Shown here: one piece after another, positions 38,872-50,710 of the stretch | Position numbering within the stretch: the stretch's first letter is position 1 | Layout of the letters: each line of letters starts with the position of its first letter | From: Centroscyllium fabricii | Taxonomy: Eukaryota | Assembly: GCA_051313645.2 (NCBI GenBank) | Contig: JBNRSN020000017.1 | Coordinates: forward strand, 38,750,001 to 38,814,000 | Direction of reading: 5' to 3' | Length of the DNA stretch: 64,000 nucleotides | Notes under the pieces: generated by a model | The model's input: only the letters and a program-made list of their open reading frames with translations | Database searches by the model: none | What the model was told of the DNA's origin: nothing | Translations under genes and position numbers: made by a program

Positions 38872-39931
38872 CATAAGAGCATAAGAAATAGAAACAGGAG
38901 CAGGCCATTCAGCCCCTTGAACCTGCTCCTCTGGGGTAGAGAATCCCAAAGATTCACCACCCTCTGAGTGAAGAAATTTCTTCTCATCTCAGTCCTAAAT
39001 GTCCGACCCCTTATTCTGAGACAGTGACCCCTGGTTCTAGACTCCCCAGCCAGGGGAAACATCCTCCCTGCATCTACCCTGTCAAGTCCTGTAAGAATTT
39101 TGTTTATTGCAATGAGATCACCTCTCATTCTTCTAAACTCTAGAGAATGTAGGCCTGGTCTACTCAATCTCTCCTCATAGGATAATCCCCCCATCCCAGG
39201 AATCAGTCTGGTGAACCTTTGTTGCACTCCCTCTGTGGCAAGTATATCCTTCCTTTGGTAAGGAGACCAAAACTGTTCACAATACTCCAGGTGTGGTCTC
39301 ACCAGGGCCCGATATAATTGCAGTAAGGCATCTTTACTCGTATACTCAAATTCTCTTGTAATAAAAGCCAACATGCCATTTGCTTGCTGTACCTGCATGT
39401 TAACTTTCAGCGATTTGTGTACAAGGACACCCAGGTCCCTCTGAACACCAACATTTTCTAATCTCTCACCATTTAAAAAATACTCTGCTTTTCTATTTTT
39501 CTTACAAAGTGGATAACTTCACATTTCTCCACATTATATTCCAATTGCCATGTTCTTGCCCACTCACTTAGCCTGTCTATATCCCCTTGCATCCTCCTCA
39601 CAACTTACATTCCCACCCATCTTGTATCATCAGCAAACTTGGATATATTACATTTGGCCCCCTCATCCAAATCATAGATGTAGATTGTGACTAGCTGAGG
39701 CCCAAGCACTGATCCTTGCGGTACCCCACTAGTTACAGCCTGCCAATCAGAAAATGACCAGTTTATGCCTACTCTGTTTTCTGTCCATTAACCAATTCTC
39801 AATCCATGCTAGTATATTACCCCCAAGCCCTCATTTTATTTAATAACCTCTTCTTACTAAATGTAATATATCCAAGTTTGCTGATCATACAAAGCTGGGT
39901 GGGAATGTAAGTTGTAAGTTGTGAGGGGATG
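38872..39931 (-). mobile_element. 5'-truncated CR1 LINE with internal deletion and an inverted duplicated piece at its 5' end
   Basis: ORF 38871..39398 CR1 RT motifs; 39859-39931 is an inverted copy of 39590-39655. Confidence 0.88.
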
Positions 39932-40279
39932 TAGATAGAAAGAGTCAAAGATTTCCTGGTAATTGTAATTTCTGAAGTTACATTTACAATTTGCAGAAGA
40001 GATCCTGAACTTTGATTTGGCAGCGCCTTTTCCCCATGCTCGAGACATTCGAGCTAAGGTGTTAGCTGAGATTTTCAAAAATGCAGCAAGGAGCCAGAAG
40101 AATATAGTACTGTAACAGGAGTTCGCCCAATAGCATCATGAGGTCTTTCTAAATCATCATGCAGTATTATTCGCCATTATAAAAAACGTAATGAGAGCAA
40201 TGGCAGAAGAGGTCAGGAATGTATTAAAATTATCTCTTTCTTAAGGGTTTTTTGACAAATTTCTGATAATTAAAGAGTA

Positions 40280-40439
40280 GGCCCAATTTTACAGGTGCTC
40301 AGTACTGGTGGGGAGACATCCCAGGAAAATCCTGCATATTGGGAAATTATATTAATGGATGGAAAAGTGTGGTAATACACCTGTGCATAACTGACATGCA
40401 AGGCTCTTCACTGGTAGTGAGTATGTGTAAAATTGGCCC
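40280..40439. mobile_element. MITE, probably PIF/Harbinger-derived
   Basis: TIRs GGCCCAATTTTACA and TGTAAAATTGGCCC (13/14) extending imperfectly to ~35 bp; no coding capacity. Confidence 0.6.
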
Positions 40440-40731
40440 GATAAGTGAAAGACAGTGCAGGGTTTAAAGGCCCTAGCATAGACTAGAGAAGGTAAGACTT
40501 AAATTTTTACGTGGACTAACGTTAGTACAGTAGTGAAATCATCATTTATAAAATATCATAAGGTACCAATACTCTTATGCTGGATGCATGAATATTTTAG
40601 CTAGAAATGTTACAAAGAGGTCTATTAGCGTATAAAACTGCTCTGGCCTGTTTAAGTAAACTTATCTAAAGATATGACCATCAAATAAAATTAGTTGGGG
40701 AAGAGAGGATCATTAAATTCTCAGCACAGCA

Positions 40732-41136
40732 GCGGCATGGTGGCATAGTGGTTAGCACTGTTGCCTTACAGCACTAGAGACCCGGGTTCAAATCCGGCCT
40801 CGGGTGACTATCTGTGTGGAGTTTGCACATTCTCCCCGTGTCTGCGTGGGTTTCCTCCGGGTGCTCCGGTTTCCTCCCACAGTCCAAAGATGTGCGGGTT
40901 AGGTTGATTGGCAATCATAAATTGACCCTTAGTGTTAGGGGGATTGAATATATGGGGTCGCGGGGATAGGGTGGGATATGTGTCGGTGCAGGCTCGATAG
41001 GGATCGAGGGATATGGGGAGAAGGCAGGGACAGGGTACTGGGTTTGGATGATCAGCCATGATCTCATTGAATGGCGGAGCAGGCTCGAAGGGCCGAATGG
41101 CCTACTCCTGCTCCTATCTTCTATGTTTCTATGTTT
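40732..41136 (+). mobile_element. V-SINE (HE1-like) with CR1-derived long tail
   Basis: Same structure as 7283-7678. Confidence 0.88.
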
Positions 41137-41139
41137 CTC

Positions 41140-41293
41140 TAATGGCACCGAAGAATGGCTGATGTCTTGCGGGCTCGTGCGTGCCGGGCAGCTTAATGTC
41201 CTTGTTGCGTGGTGCGTTCGGGTAGCAGTAAGCATTTCACTGTCTGAATTGTATTTAGTACATGTGACAATAAACTTGAACTTGAATTTGAAC
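41140..41293 (+). mobile_element. 3' end of a Rex1-type retroposon
   Basis: ..CATTTCACTG..CATGTGACAATAAA followed by (CTTGAA)n, similar to the tail at 28139. Confidence 0.55.
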
Positions 41294-41299
41294 CTTTCT

Positions 41300-42215
41300 G
41301 GTTTCCTTACAAAGACTACCTATCTCCAAATCTGTTTTCATCACCCACAATGGCCCCTACTCCACCCGCCTGCTGCTGAAATTCTCATCCATGTCTTTGT
41401 CACCTCCAGATATTATTCCAATGCTCTTCAGCTTCCCATCCTTCTCCCTCTGTAAAATTCAGCTCATTGAAAACTCTGCTGCCCACCTCTCGCCCCGTGC
41501 CAAGTCCTGCTCACCATGACCTCCGTGCTTCCTGATGTCCACATTGGCTTTCAGTCCCCAATATGTACAATTTAAAATTCTCATCCCCGTGTTAAAATTA
41601 CTTCTTAGCCTTGCCCATCCCAATCTCTGTACCAGCTTCCAACTCCACAACCCCTCTCCCAAACTCATTGATGCAATAAATGAGTCTTATTCATCAATAA
41701 CTCTAAAGTAAAGTTTTATTTGACTATATTGTCACTATTTACAAAGGCGGGGGGGGGGGGGGGTGGGGGTTACCATGCTTCCAGATGAAGCATTCCCCCA
41801 TACTGAGCAGCTCCAGTATTTATACTATCTGGACACAGGAAGTGGCATGTACAGAGTTCACCATTCAACCTTCCCCCGGAAGTTGTTCAATATCACCACA
41901 CTCATCATTCCTCCGACTCTGGCCTTTTGTGCAGATCCCCCCACTTCCTTTCACCCCACCATTGGCACCCATGCCTCCAGCTGCCTGGACCCCATGCTCA
42001 GGAATTAACTGCTTAAGCCCCTCCACCTCACCATGTCCATCCCCACCTTTAAGGCCCTCCCGAAAACCCACCTCTTTGACCAAGCTTTTGCTGACCCATC
42101 CTAAAATCTCCTTCTTTGGTGTAGACTCCATTTACTTCTGATTATGCTTTTCTGAAGCACCTTGGAACATTTTTCTACATTAAAGGAGCTGCATAAATCT
42201 AAGTGGTTGTTATAG
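41300..42215 (+). mobile_element. Decayed L2 LINE 3' fragment, interrupted by a solo LTR
   Basis: AAEILIHVFVTSR motif; colinear with 58440-59105; tail TAAAGGAGCTGCATAAAT. Confidence 0.75.
41669..41900 (-). mobile_element. Solo LTR (Gypsy-like, TGTGGT..ATCA type)
   Basis: Minus strand TGTGGTGATAT...TATAAA...AATAAAA...TGCATCA; TSD CTCAT at 41664-41668 and 41901-41905. Confidence 0.8.
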
Positions 42216-42374
42216 TCATATAAGGGTGACATTCCTCTTTCTGCACAGACAGTGCATTAAATGGGAGTTAATTGTTTTGCCCTTTTGGTTGTCATCTTCT
42301 AAAATTCCAAAATTCTACAGATTATGGAACAGTTCCTGCAGATTGCAGGGTGGCAACTGTAACCCCACTATTTA

Positions 42375-42989
42375 CATTATATATTAATGATTTGGACGAA
42401 GGGATTAATTGTAGTATCTCCAAATTTGCGGATGACACTAAATTGGGAGGCAGTGTGAACAATGAGGAGGATGCTAGGAGGCTACAGAGTGACTTGGACA
42501 GGTTGGGTGAATGGGCAAATGTATGGCAGATGAAGTACAATGTAGATAAATGTGAGGTTATCCACTTTGGTGGTAAAAATAGAGAGGCAGACTATTATCT
42601 GAATGGTGGCAGATTAGGGAAAGGGGAGGTGCAACGAGACCTGGGCGTCATGGTACATCAGTCACTGAAGGTGGGAATGCAAGTGCAGCAGGCGGTCAAG
42701 AAAGCAAATGGCATGATGGCCTTCATAGCAAGGGGATTTGAGTACAGGAGTAGGGAGGTGATGCTACAGTTGTACAGGGCCTTGGTGAGGCCACACCTGG
42801 AGTATTGTGTGCAGTTTTGGTCTCCTAACTTGATATAATACTCACAACTAGGGGGATCAAGGGGTATGGCGAGAGAGCAGGAATGGGGTACTGAGGTAGC
42901 ATGTTCAGCCATGAATGCATTAAATGGCGGTGCAGACTCGAAGGACCGAATGGTCTACTCCTGCACCTATTTTCTATGTTTCTATGTTT
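42375..42989 (+). mobile_element. Internally deleted CR1 inserted in CR1
   Basis: YINDLD..FADDTK..CVQFWSPNL then jumps to the 3' tail; flanked by CTATTTA at 42368-42374 and 42990-42996. Confidence 0.85.
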
Positions 42990-43758
42990 CTATTTAAAAA
43001 AGGAGGGAGAGAGAAAACCAGGAACTACAGACCAGTTAGCCTAACATCAGTAGCAGGGAAAATGCTAGAGTCTATTACAAAGGTTGTGATAACAGGACAC
43101 TTAGAAAATATCAACGGGATTAGACAAAGTCAACATAGATTTATGAAAGGGAAATCATGTTTGACAAATCTACTGGAGTTTTTTGAGGATGTAACTGATA
43201 GAATAGATAAGGGAGAACCAGTGGATGTGGTGTATTTGGATTTTGAGAAGGCCTTTGATAAAGACCCACATAAGGTTAGTGTGCAAAATTAAAGCACATG
43301 GGATTGGCGGTAATATACTGGCATAGATTGAAAATTGGCTAACAGACAGGAAACAGAGAGTAGGAATAAATTGGTCTTTTTCAGGGTGGCAGGAGGTGAC
43401 TAGTGGGGTACCGCAGGGATCAGTTCTTGGGCCCCAGCTATTCACAATATATATCAATGATTTGGATGAGGGAAGCAAATATAATATTTCCAAGTTTGCT
43501 GATGACACAAAACTAAGTGGGATTGTGAGTTGTGATGAGGAAGCAAAGAGGCTTCAAGGCGATTTAGACAAGTTGAGTGAGTGGGCAGATACATGGCAAA
43601 TGCAGTATAACATGGATAAATAAATGTGAAGTTATCCACTTCGGTAGGAAAAACCGAAAAGTAGAGTATTATTTAAATGGTGATAGATTGGGAAATGCTG
43701 ATGTACAAAGGGACCTGGGTGTCCTTGTACACCAGTCACTGAAAGCAAACATGCAGGT

Positions 43759-45463
43759 TGTAAGGAGCGTGCGCCGTATGTTTTATTTACGACTTGGGGT
43801 CCGTTACTGCCTTGCGCTAGCAGTCCGCTAGGCCTCGCGCAATAACCTCCTCCCCCGCGAGCGGTTCGAATCGCTCACCCTTACGGTTCTAGACGCTGGA
43901 CTTAGGTGCAGGAGAAGAGAGAGAGACGAGATGGATACCGATTGGACTCAGACTTAGACTCGAATAAAAGTTGCAAAGTTGGAAGATTTTATTACACCAC
44001 AAGATATATGTACAGCAGTTAGGTTGTATTTCATCGGAACAACACAGTATGATACACCAACAATTGTTTCCCAAATAGATAGATATATATGCACATACAC
44101 AAGTAACTTATAGGATGGGGAACGCACGGCACATCGTAAATCGGGGCAATGACTCTACAAATACACCCCAAATAAACCACCCTTCCCTCTATTGCCTAGC
44201 TATGTCCAGGTGTGTAGGATCGGGGCACATGCTCACCACTCGGTAATACTCGGGGTCTGCTATGAAGTCCTTCGTCTCCTCGGCTGCAGCGTCGGTTGTC
44301 ACGTGGCTGTGGAAGATTCGGGAGTCCACTTGTTGTCTTCTCCCTCTGGGCGGCGGCCACTCCTGCTCGGGCTGGTCCCGGACGGGTTCCTCGAGGCTGC
44401 TCTACCTCCTCGCACCAACCGCACCGTCTCCCTGGCTGAACCGGACCCTGGGGTATGCCGATCCTGCCCTCTCAAGCCGAACTGTAACGGGCTGCTAGCC
44501 TACTTGCTTTCCCACTCTTCCGACGCTAGCTTAATCGCCGTGTTCAACAAGATGCTACTAATGGGGCCCAACAACCAACTACCTCACCAGCAATGGTTTT
44601 CTGATGCGATATTGCCCTGACCCAACTCTGCTGTCCTGCCAGAGCCTTCACCCTGCTTGCCCTGCACCCAGAAAGCTGAACTGGAGTCTTCGAAACAGAG
44701 AGCCCACCCAAAGTTACTGCTAAAGCTCAAAGGTTCTTTTCCGAGACCTCACCGCTTCAAGAGGTCGATTCCACGAGTCAAGAGAGAGAAATCCAAGAGC
44801 CTTCTCCAAGAGCTCTTTCCTTGAGATTCTGCAGAGCTAAGAGAGAGACCTCACCGCTTCAAGAGGTCGCCTCCACGAGTCCTCAGTCATCAGAGCTAAG
44901 AGCGCGAATTGTAGAAATGTCCTGCCAGTTATACTATGAAGCTAATGTCTTTCCCATTAGGCAGGTATTGTGTTTTGAAAAACGGTTACTGCATTCCTTT
45001 GTCCAGCCAAGCCTGCTGGTAATGGTTTGATGGCACCCTAACCTCTCCGTTAGAGCTCCCATTGTTTTGTAAGGGTGCTAATCGCTTTAATGCGGGCTTG
45101 CTGTGTAAATCTTGTGTCTGGCTAAACGGCCAGTAATTCCAATATTTGCAGCTTTATCGGGTGCTTATTTAACTGGGTGCATTTCTTTGTGGGGCTAAGC
45201 GGTTTCTGAGGGGCTGGTTACTTATTTACAGGTTTAACAGCGCCTTCATGTCTGGCTTCTTCGCGGGCTTTCTCGAATTGGGTTTTAGTTTCGGTTTTAC
45301 ACTATGCCATGTGGTCCGGCGGCCATCTTGGAGGCCCCTTTTCTCTGATCAGGCCGCAGCCTGTCCTGTCTGCCATTGTTCAATAAAAGAAACATGTATA
45401 CTCCATCCCTTCGTTTCTGGTCTTTGTGAATCCGTTTTTGACTTGGAATATTGCGACCTTACA
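43759..45463. mobile_element. 1.7-kb solo LTR-like element (ERV or Gypsy)
   Basis: Termini TGTAAGG..CCTTACA, 4-bp TSD AGGT (43755-43758, 45464-45467); interrupts the CR1 ORF cleanly. Confidence 0.85.
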
Positions 45464-45651
45464 AGGTGCAGCAAGCAGTTAGGAAGGCAAATGGTATGTT
45501 GGCCTTCATTGCAAGAGGGTTTGAGTACAGCAGCAAGGATGTCTTACTACAGTTGAACAGTCATGATGTGGAGGTGCCGGTGTTGGACTGGGGTGGACAA
45601 TTGCAAGAAGTCACACAACACCAGGTTATAGTCCAACAGTTTTATTTTAAA

Positions 45652-45689
45652 TCACAAGCTTTCGGAGCTTCTGCCCCTTCGTCAGGTGA
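45652..45689 (-). ncRNA. Minimal hammerhead ribozyme motif (copy E, left arm)
   Basis: UCAC-CUGACGA-AGGGGC AGAA GCUCC-GAAA-GCUU-GUGA. Confidence 0.8.
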
Positions 45690-45712
45690 AAGAGAGACTG
45701 TCAGTCTCTCTT

Positions 45713-45750
45713 TCACCTGACGAAGGGGCAGAAGCTCTGAAAGCTTGTGA
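45713..45750 (+). ncRNA. Minimal hammerhead ribozyme motif (copy E, right arm)
   Basis: UCAC-CUGACGA-AGGGGC AGAA GCUCU-GAAA-GCUU-GUGA. Confidence 0.75.
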
Positions 45751-46889
45751 TTTAAAATAAAACTGTTGGACTATAACCTGGTGTTGTGTGACTTCTTACA
45801 GTTGTACAGGGCCTTGGTGAGACCACACCTGGAGTACTATGTGCAGTTTTGGTCTCCTTATCTAAGAAAGGATATACCTGCCATAGAGGGAGTGCAGCAA
45901 AGATTCACCAGACTGATTACTCGGATGGCAGGACTGTCATATGGGGAGAGACTGGGTCGACTAGGCCTGTATTCACTAGAGTTTAGAAGAATGCATGGGT
46001 ATCTCATTGAAACGTATAAAATTCTTACAGGGCTAGACAGACTGGATGCAGGGAGGATGTTTCCCCTGGCTAGGGGTCTAGAACGAGGGGGTCACAGTCT
46101 CAGAATACAGGGTAGGACATTTAGGACTAAGATGAGGAGAAATTTCTTCACTCAGAGGGTGGTGAACCTGTGGAATTCTCCACCGCAGAAGGCTGTGGAG
46201 GCCACGTCACTGAATATATTTAAGAAGTAGATAGATTTCTAGACACAAAAGGTATCAAGGGCTATGGGGAGAGAACAGGAATATGGTATTGGGATAGAGG
46301 ATCAGCCATGATCACATTGAATGGCGGAGCAGGCGCAAAGGGCCAAATGGCCTACTCCTGCTCCTATTTTTCTATGTTTTATGTTCACATGCCGAAATGC
46401 TTAATTTTACTTTTTCTGAAAGCTTGGTGTGCATCAGGGTGTTACCTAACACAACTGAGTGACCAATCTGAAAGCACCTGACAGAATGTTGCTCAACTAG
46501 CTAAACAGCTACTCAAACAGTATAAATAGTGCACCGTGAGCCGGTCCAGCAGTGGAACACAATTTCTGAGCAACATAGAGGGAAAATGCACTTGGCACAA
46601 ACTCAGGTTCAGTGACAGCGATATGCTGGTGATTGTAGCTAAAGATAGATGTGGAAGGCAGCATACTAATAGCCACATAAATTCGCTGCACAAGGCCTTG
46701 GGTATCAGTGTGGGATTATGTAGCTGGAGACATATCTGCAGGAAGGTGTCTGATTCAACAAAAAATGCCAAGAAAACGTTCACATGATGACCATCAACTG
46801 ACATAACCAGCCATATTATGCAGGAAACATTATGTGAGTCAGAGTAAATGACAGATTGTAAAAGTTAATAAGCAAGGTAGAATAGCTAG

Positions 46890-47647
46890 CATTGTGTAGA
46901 TGGTTAGGTTATAGTGGTAGTAAGGGTTAAATGGGATTAAATCAGTCACCCGAGACAGAGAGATACAGGACATAGCAGTTAGGTGTGGGATGGTGTGAGA
47001 ATGGAATGTTATTTTTTGGACTAGTGCCAGGCCATCTGGAAATCAGGAGGGGAGTGTGAAAGGAGAATAAAATTCTCTGTAATAAATTTCTAAAGGAGAT
47101 AAGGAAGTGAAGGCTATCAAGGACAGTCACAGTCACGCATGTGTGGGGAATGTCCAGAGAACAATAAACAGATAGTAATAAGTATGCGTGGGATGGGGAG
47201 GTGGTCCATGTATCTGCTGACACAATGATGGATGAACCATGCATACTCACACACATTATCTACACTTAGTAGAAATGTACTTACATATTAACCTTGCGCT
47301 CATCTTATGTAATGAACCATATAAAGGTATTGCACTTCAGGATCTCCATAGTCTTGCATAGGGCTAGCATGAGCAGTGAGAGAAGGCAACGTGTGAACTC
47401 CCTGATGAGTCCTCTGTTCGTGAGTTATTTTGGTACCAATCTCATGAGCACTGCATGGAATAGGTTTTATTAGTGTGTTTATTAATCAGACACGGGGATA
47501 GGGTGGGATATGTGTTGGTGCAGGCTCGATGGGCCGAAATGGCCTCTATCTGCACTGTAGAGATTCTATGATTCTATGATCTCTCTATCTCTTGAATCCG
47601 TGTGCCTGTATTATAAGAGGAGGATAGTGAGTATCCTGAACCTAACA
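46890..47647 (+). mobile_element. Possible decayed LTR containing a V-SINE 3' fragment (~47490-47580)
   Basis: TATAAA at ~47319 and end ..CCTAACA; the SINE tail is clear, but no 5' boundary or TSD was found. Confidence 0.35.
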
Positions 47648-47689
47648 CAGGTGTCAGATAATTTCACTGAGTGAATTTAACACATCCAT

Positions 47690-48260
47690 CCACTAACCTC
47701 CTGACTCCCCAAAGCCTTTCCACCATCTACAAGGCACAAGTCAGGAGTGTGATGGAATACTCTCCACTTGCCTGGATGAGTGCAGCTCCAACAACACTCA
47801 AGAAGCTCGACACCATTCAGGATAAAGCAGGCCGCTTGATTGGCACTCCATCCACCGCCTTCAACATTCACTCGCTCCACCACCGACGCATTGTGGCTGC
47901 AGTGTGTACCATCTACAAGATGCACTGCAGCAACTCACCAAAGCTCCTTCAACAGCACCTTCCAAACCCGTGACCTCTACCACTTAGAAGGACAAGGGCA
48001 GCAGACGCATGGGAACAGCACCACCTACAAGTTCCCCTCCAAGCCACACACCATCCTGACTTGGACCTGTATCGCCACTCCTTCACTGTCGCTGGGCCAA
48101 AATCATGGAACTCCCTTCCTAACAACATTGTGGGTGTACCTACACCATATGGACTGCAGCGGTTCAAGAATGCGGCTCACCACCATCTTCTCAAGGGCAA
48201 TTAGGGATGGGCACTAAATGCAGGCCTAGCCAGCCAGCCCACATCCCATCAATGGATAAT
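47690..48260 (+). mobile_element. 3' fragment of a non-LTR retrotransposon (clade not assigned)
   Basis: LSTIYKAQVRSVMEYSPLAW..LDTIQDKA..SLHHRR..IYK is a post-RT LINE motif; WNSLP motif near 48106. Confidence 0.75.
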
Positions 48261-50281
48261 TTTTTTTTTAAACTTGCTGCAATTGCAACATAATGAAGAT
48301 GATTGAGAACTACAGTAGGCCAAGAAATAATCACCTAGAAAGATGCAGCTGAGAACAATTGAACAATGATTATAATTATTAACTCGTACCATTGACAATT
48401 ACAACTGGAGCTCTACATTCCTGATTGTGATTTCTTTTAAAAAAATGACAATTTATCTTGGATTAATTCAGGTATTTAGTAGACTTGACTCGCATATGTA
48501 ACCTGTAGCCTTTTGAAAATGGATAAAAATCTGGAAAAAATACAAAGTCAAAATTTTCTTTAAAATTGGGAAAATGTTACCCGTACACAAATAAAACATG
48601 CACATATCATCAATGTTCATTCTCCCTGTATTATGTGCATGTGTGTGTAAAGTACAAAAGTGTTATAGTCAAACTCCTTAACAATTGAAATGTCGGGCAA
48701 GAACAGAAAGTGTGGGTTTTTTGGAAGCTAGAAACAGTAAAGGCTTCATGTAAAATAATTGGAAAAAATCAAGTTTTTAATCAGAGGAATGTGGAACACC
48801 TAAAAGGCTGGAAAATCAGGAAGAAATGAAAAAATGCATGCATTTCCCAGAAAAACCAGTTAAAAACTGAAAACACAAACCCCATTTTCAAGGCACTATT
48901 TCAGCTCTCAAACACGCACACATAGGCAAGGTGCTTTATAATCAAGCAAGCTTATGTAAAAGACCTAATACTATGCGGCAGTCCAAAATACATAGTACTG
49001 CGTATGTTTCTTCACCTTACAAACAAAGTGGAACAGAACAGAAGGTACAGAGTGCGGATAGGCAGTGGGACTCAGCAGGTCAAACTCTCACCACCTTCAA
49101 AGTCACAATGGAGGCAATCACCTGGGAGTCAGTACAATGTGAGTGACTTGGAGGCTGGAGGACAGAAACACACTTCTGGCTTATATAATTACAATTGCAC
49201 ACCTTATCTATGCAATTATGTTCCTGCTAGTGTTAAGCAATGACTTATGTGTTGTGAACTCTGCCATGTTTATTCTACACAGCAACAACATGCCTAACTA
49301 TCGACATGCACCATGTGCCATTTTGTTCTTGTCATTAATTTGCACAACTTGCCAGGACTGAAAGTCAGGCCCTCCTGACAATAAGCTTTGCCACAGCACT
49401 CAGTGTCGTCACAACCTGAAGTTGGCATCAACCTAAAGACACACAGTCCACGAGCATTAAAGGAGCGAGCACAGGCTGAGCCATTTTGTCCTGGGTGAGG
49501 AAGGGCCTTGGCCTTGGCTGGGAGCGAAAGAAGGGCTGACTGTAGCTGAGTGAAATCCCAGCATTGGCGCAGTCCCTGTTGAGTCATTTTGCAATTCTGA
49601 CCTCAATGAAATGGAGAATACTTTAGGGGAACAAGTGGATGCAACAGATTCTTGACTCATTGTAAACCAAATGGAAATTGATGTTGTTACAGTTGCTATC
49701 AAGTTGTTGTGGTAAGGGTACTCTACTGTGCAGACTGTTAACGATCCGATCGTGTCTGGTTCCAGGAGATGACATAATTCATCAACGTCTTTCATGGTCA
49801 GATGGTTTCCCACACATTGCTTATCACTGAGGGTGAAGCAACACTGTCACTTGCGGTAGACGTGCTGCCAGATAGCAGTAGTGGCCCTCTTCCTTTGGCT
49901 TTAAATCTCCCTGGCTCTATTCTGCTGCTGATCCACCAACTCCAACCTGTCTAACAAAGTGAAACTTAGGAATGAACCTATGCTGTGGTGTGGACAGAAA
50001 CAGTAGAGTTTCTCCTCGCAGTCTGCGCTAGATGCTGGACTTCTGTTGGCTCTCGCTCCTTATTGCTACCTTTACAACAAGTGATTTTAACATGATGTGA
50101 GCTGGAAAGCAGGCCTTCATATCTAATAAACTAATGGAAGATAGTTTTGTATAAGTAGCACAGGACAGGAGTGACATTAATGCCTATTATTTGAATCCTC
50201 CACTTCTCTATAGCAATCTTGTTTATCTGTTGCAAGAAGTCACACAACACCAGATTATAGTCCAACAGTTTTATTTTAAAT

Positions 50282-50317
50282 CACAAGCTTTCGGAGCGTT
50301 CGCCCCTTCGTCAGGTG
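50282..50317 (-). ncRNA. Minimal hammerhead ribozyme motif (copy F, left arm)
   Basis: CAC-CUGACGA-AGGGGC GAAC GCUCC-GAAA-GCUU-GUG. Confidence 0.78.
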
Positions 50318-50674
50318 GAAAGAGAGACACACGACAACGCAAAATCGTCGAGCAGAGGCTGATAGCCAAATTCCGCACCCATGAAGACGGTCTCAACCGG
50401 GATATTGGCTTCATGTCACGCTACATGTGACCCTGCCTGACGTAGAGTCATCCGGACTAGGGACATCTTTGTCTTGTAAGGAAATTCCTTTAAAAAAAAT
50501 CATTCTGTGTGTTTTGCAGCATTTGACCCCCCTTGCGACTGTGCCGGACTGATGTGTTAAAATATGTTAATATGCCTTTGTGTGCTTTGTCTGTCTCTGC
50601 TAACGTGAGATGTGGGAGAGATCGGATTTCTCCCTTCCTCCGATATGTGTGTTCTTTAAGTCAGTCTCTCTTTC

Positions 50675-50710
50675 CACCTGACGAAGGGGCGAACGCTCCG
50701 AAAGCTTGTG
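50675..50710 (+). ncRNA. Minimal hammerhead ribozyme motif (copy F, right arm)
   Basis: CAC-CUGACGA-AGGGGC GAAC GCUCC-GAAA-GCUU-GUG. Confidence 0.8.

Larger units (their letters stand above)
45561..45796 (-). mobile_element. Penelope-like fold-back insertion, copy E (palindrome centred on 45701)
   Basis: Arms 45602-45700 and 45702-45800; TSD TACAGTTG(A/T)ACAG at 45548-45560 and 45797-45809. Confidence 0.9.
42295..46385 (+). mobile_element. Host CR1 LINE (RT region to 3' tail) carrying three nested insertions
   Basis: VTPLF / KKGG..NYRPVSLTS..YLDFEKAFDK..SGVPQGSVLGP..FADDTK..MQV / QQAVRKANG..LLQL / YRALVRPHLEY; reading resumes after each insertion. Confidence 0.9.

Noticed and set aside
41667-41698. 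32-bp hairpin flanked by AACTC as an independent mini-insertion
   Set aside because: Better explained as the end of the 41669-41900 solo LTR with CTCAT TSD
44192-44620. 142-aa ORF inside the long LTR as a viral accessory gene
   Set aside because: Non-ATG start, GC-rich context, no recognisable domain
45451-45720. ORFs containing VEVPVLDWGGQ / MDYNLVLCDF peptides recurring in the ORF track
   Set aside because: Incidental translations of the non-coding Penelope arms; frames are not preserved between copies
47401-47430. CTGATGAG as a hammerhead core (also at 56170)
   Set aside because: No stem II followed by GAAA and no closing stem I
50434-50470. Possible second hammerhead in copy F (CTGACGTAGAGTCATCCGGACTAGGGAC)
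   Set aside because: A stem-II-like AGTC/GACT is present, but both core segments deviate (CUGACGU, GGGA); at best a dead relic
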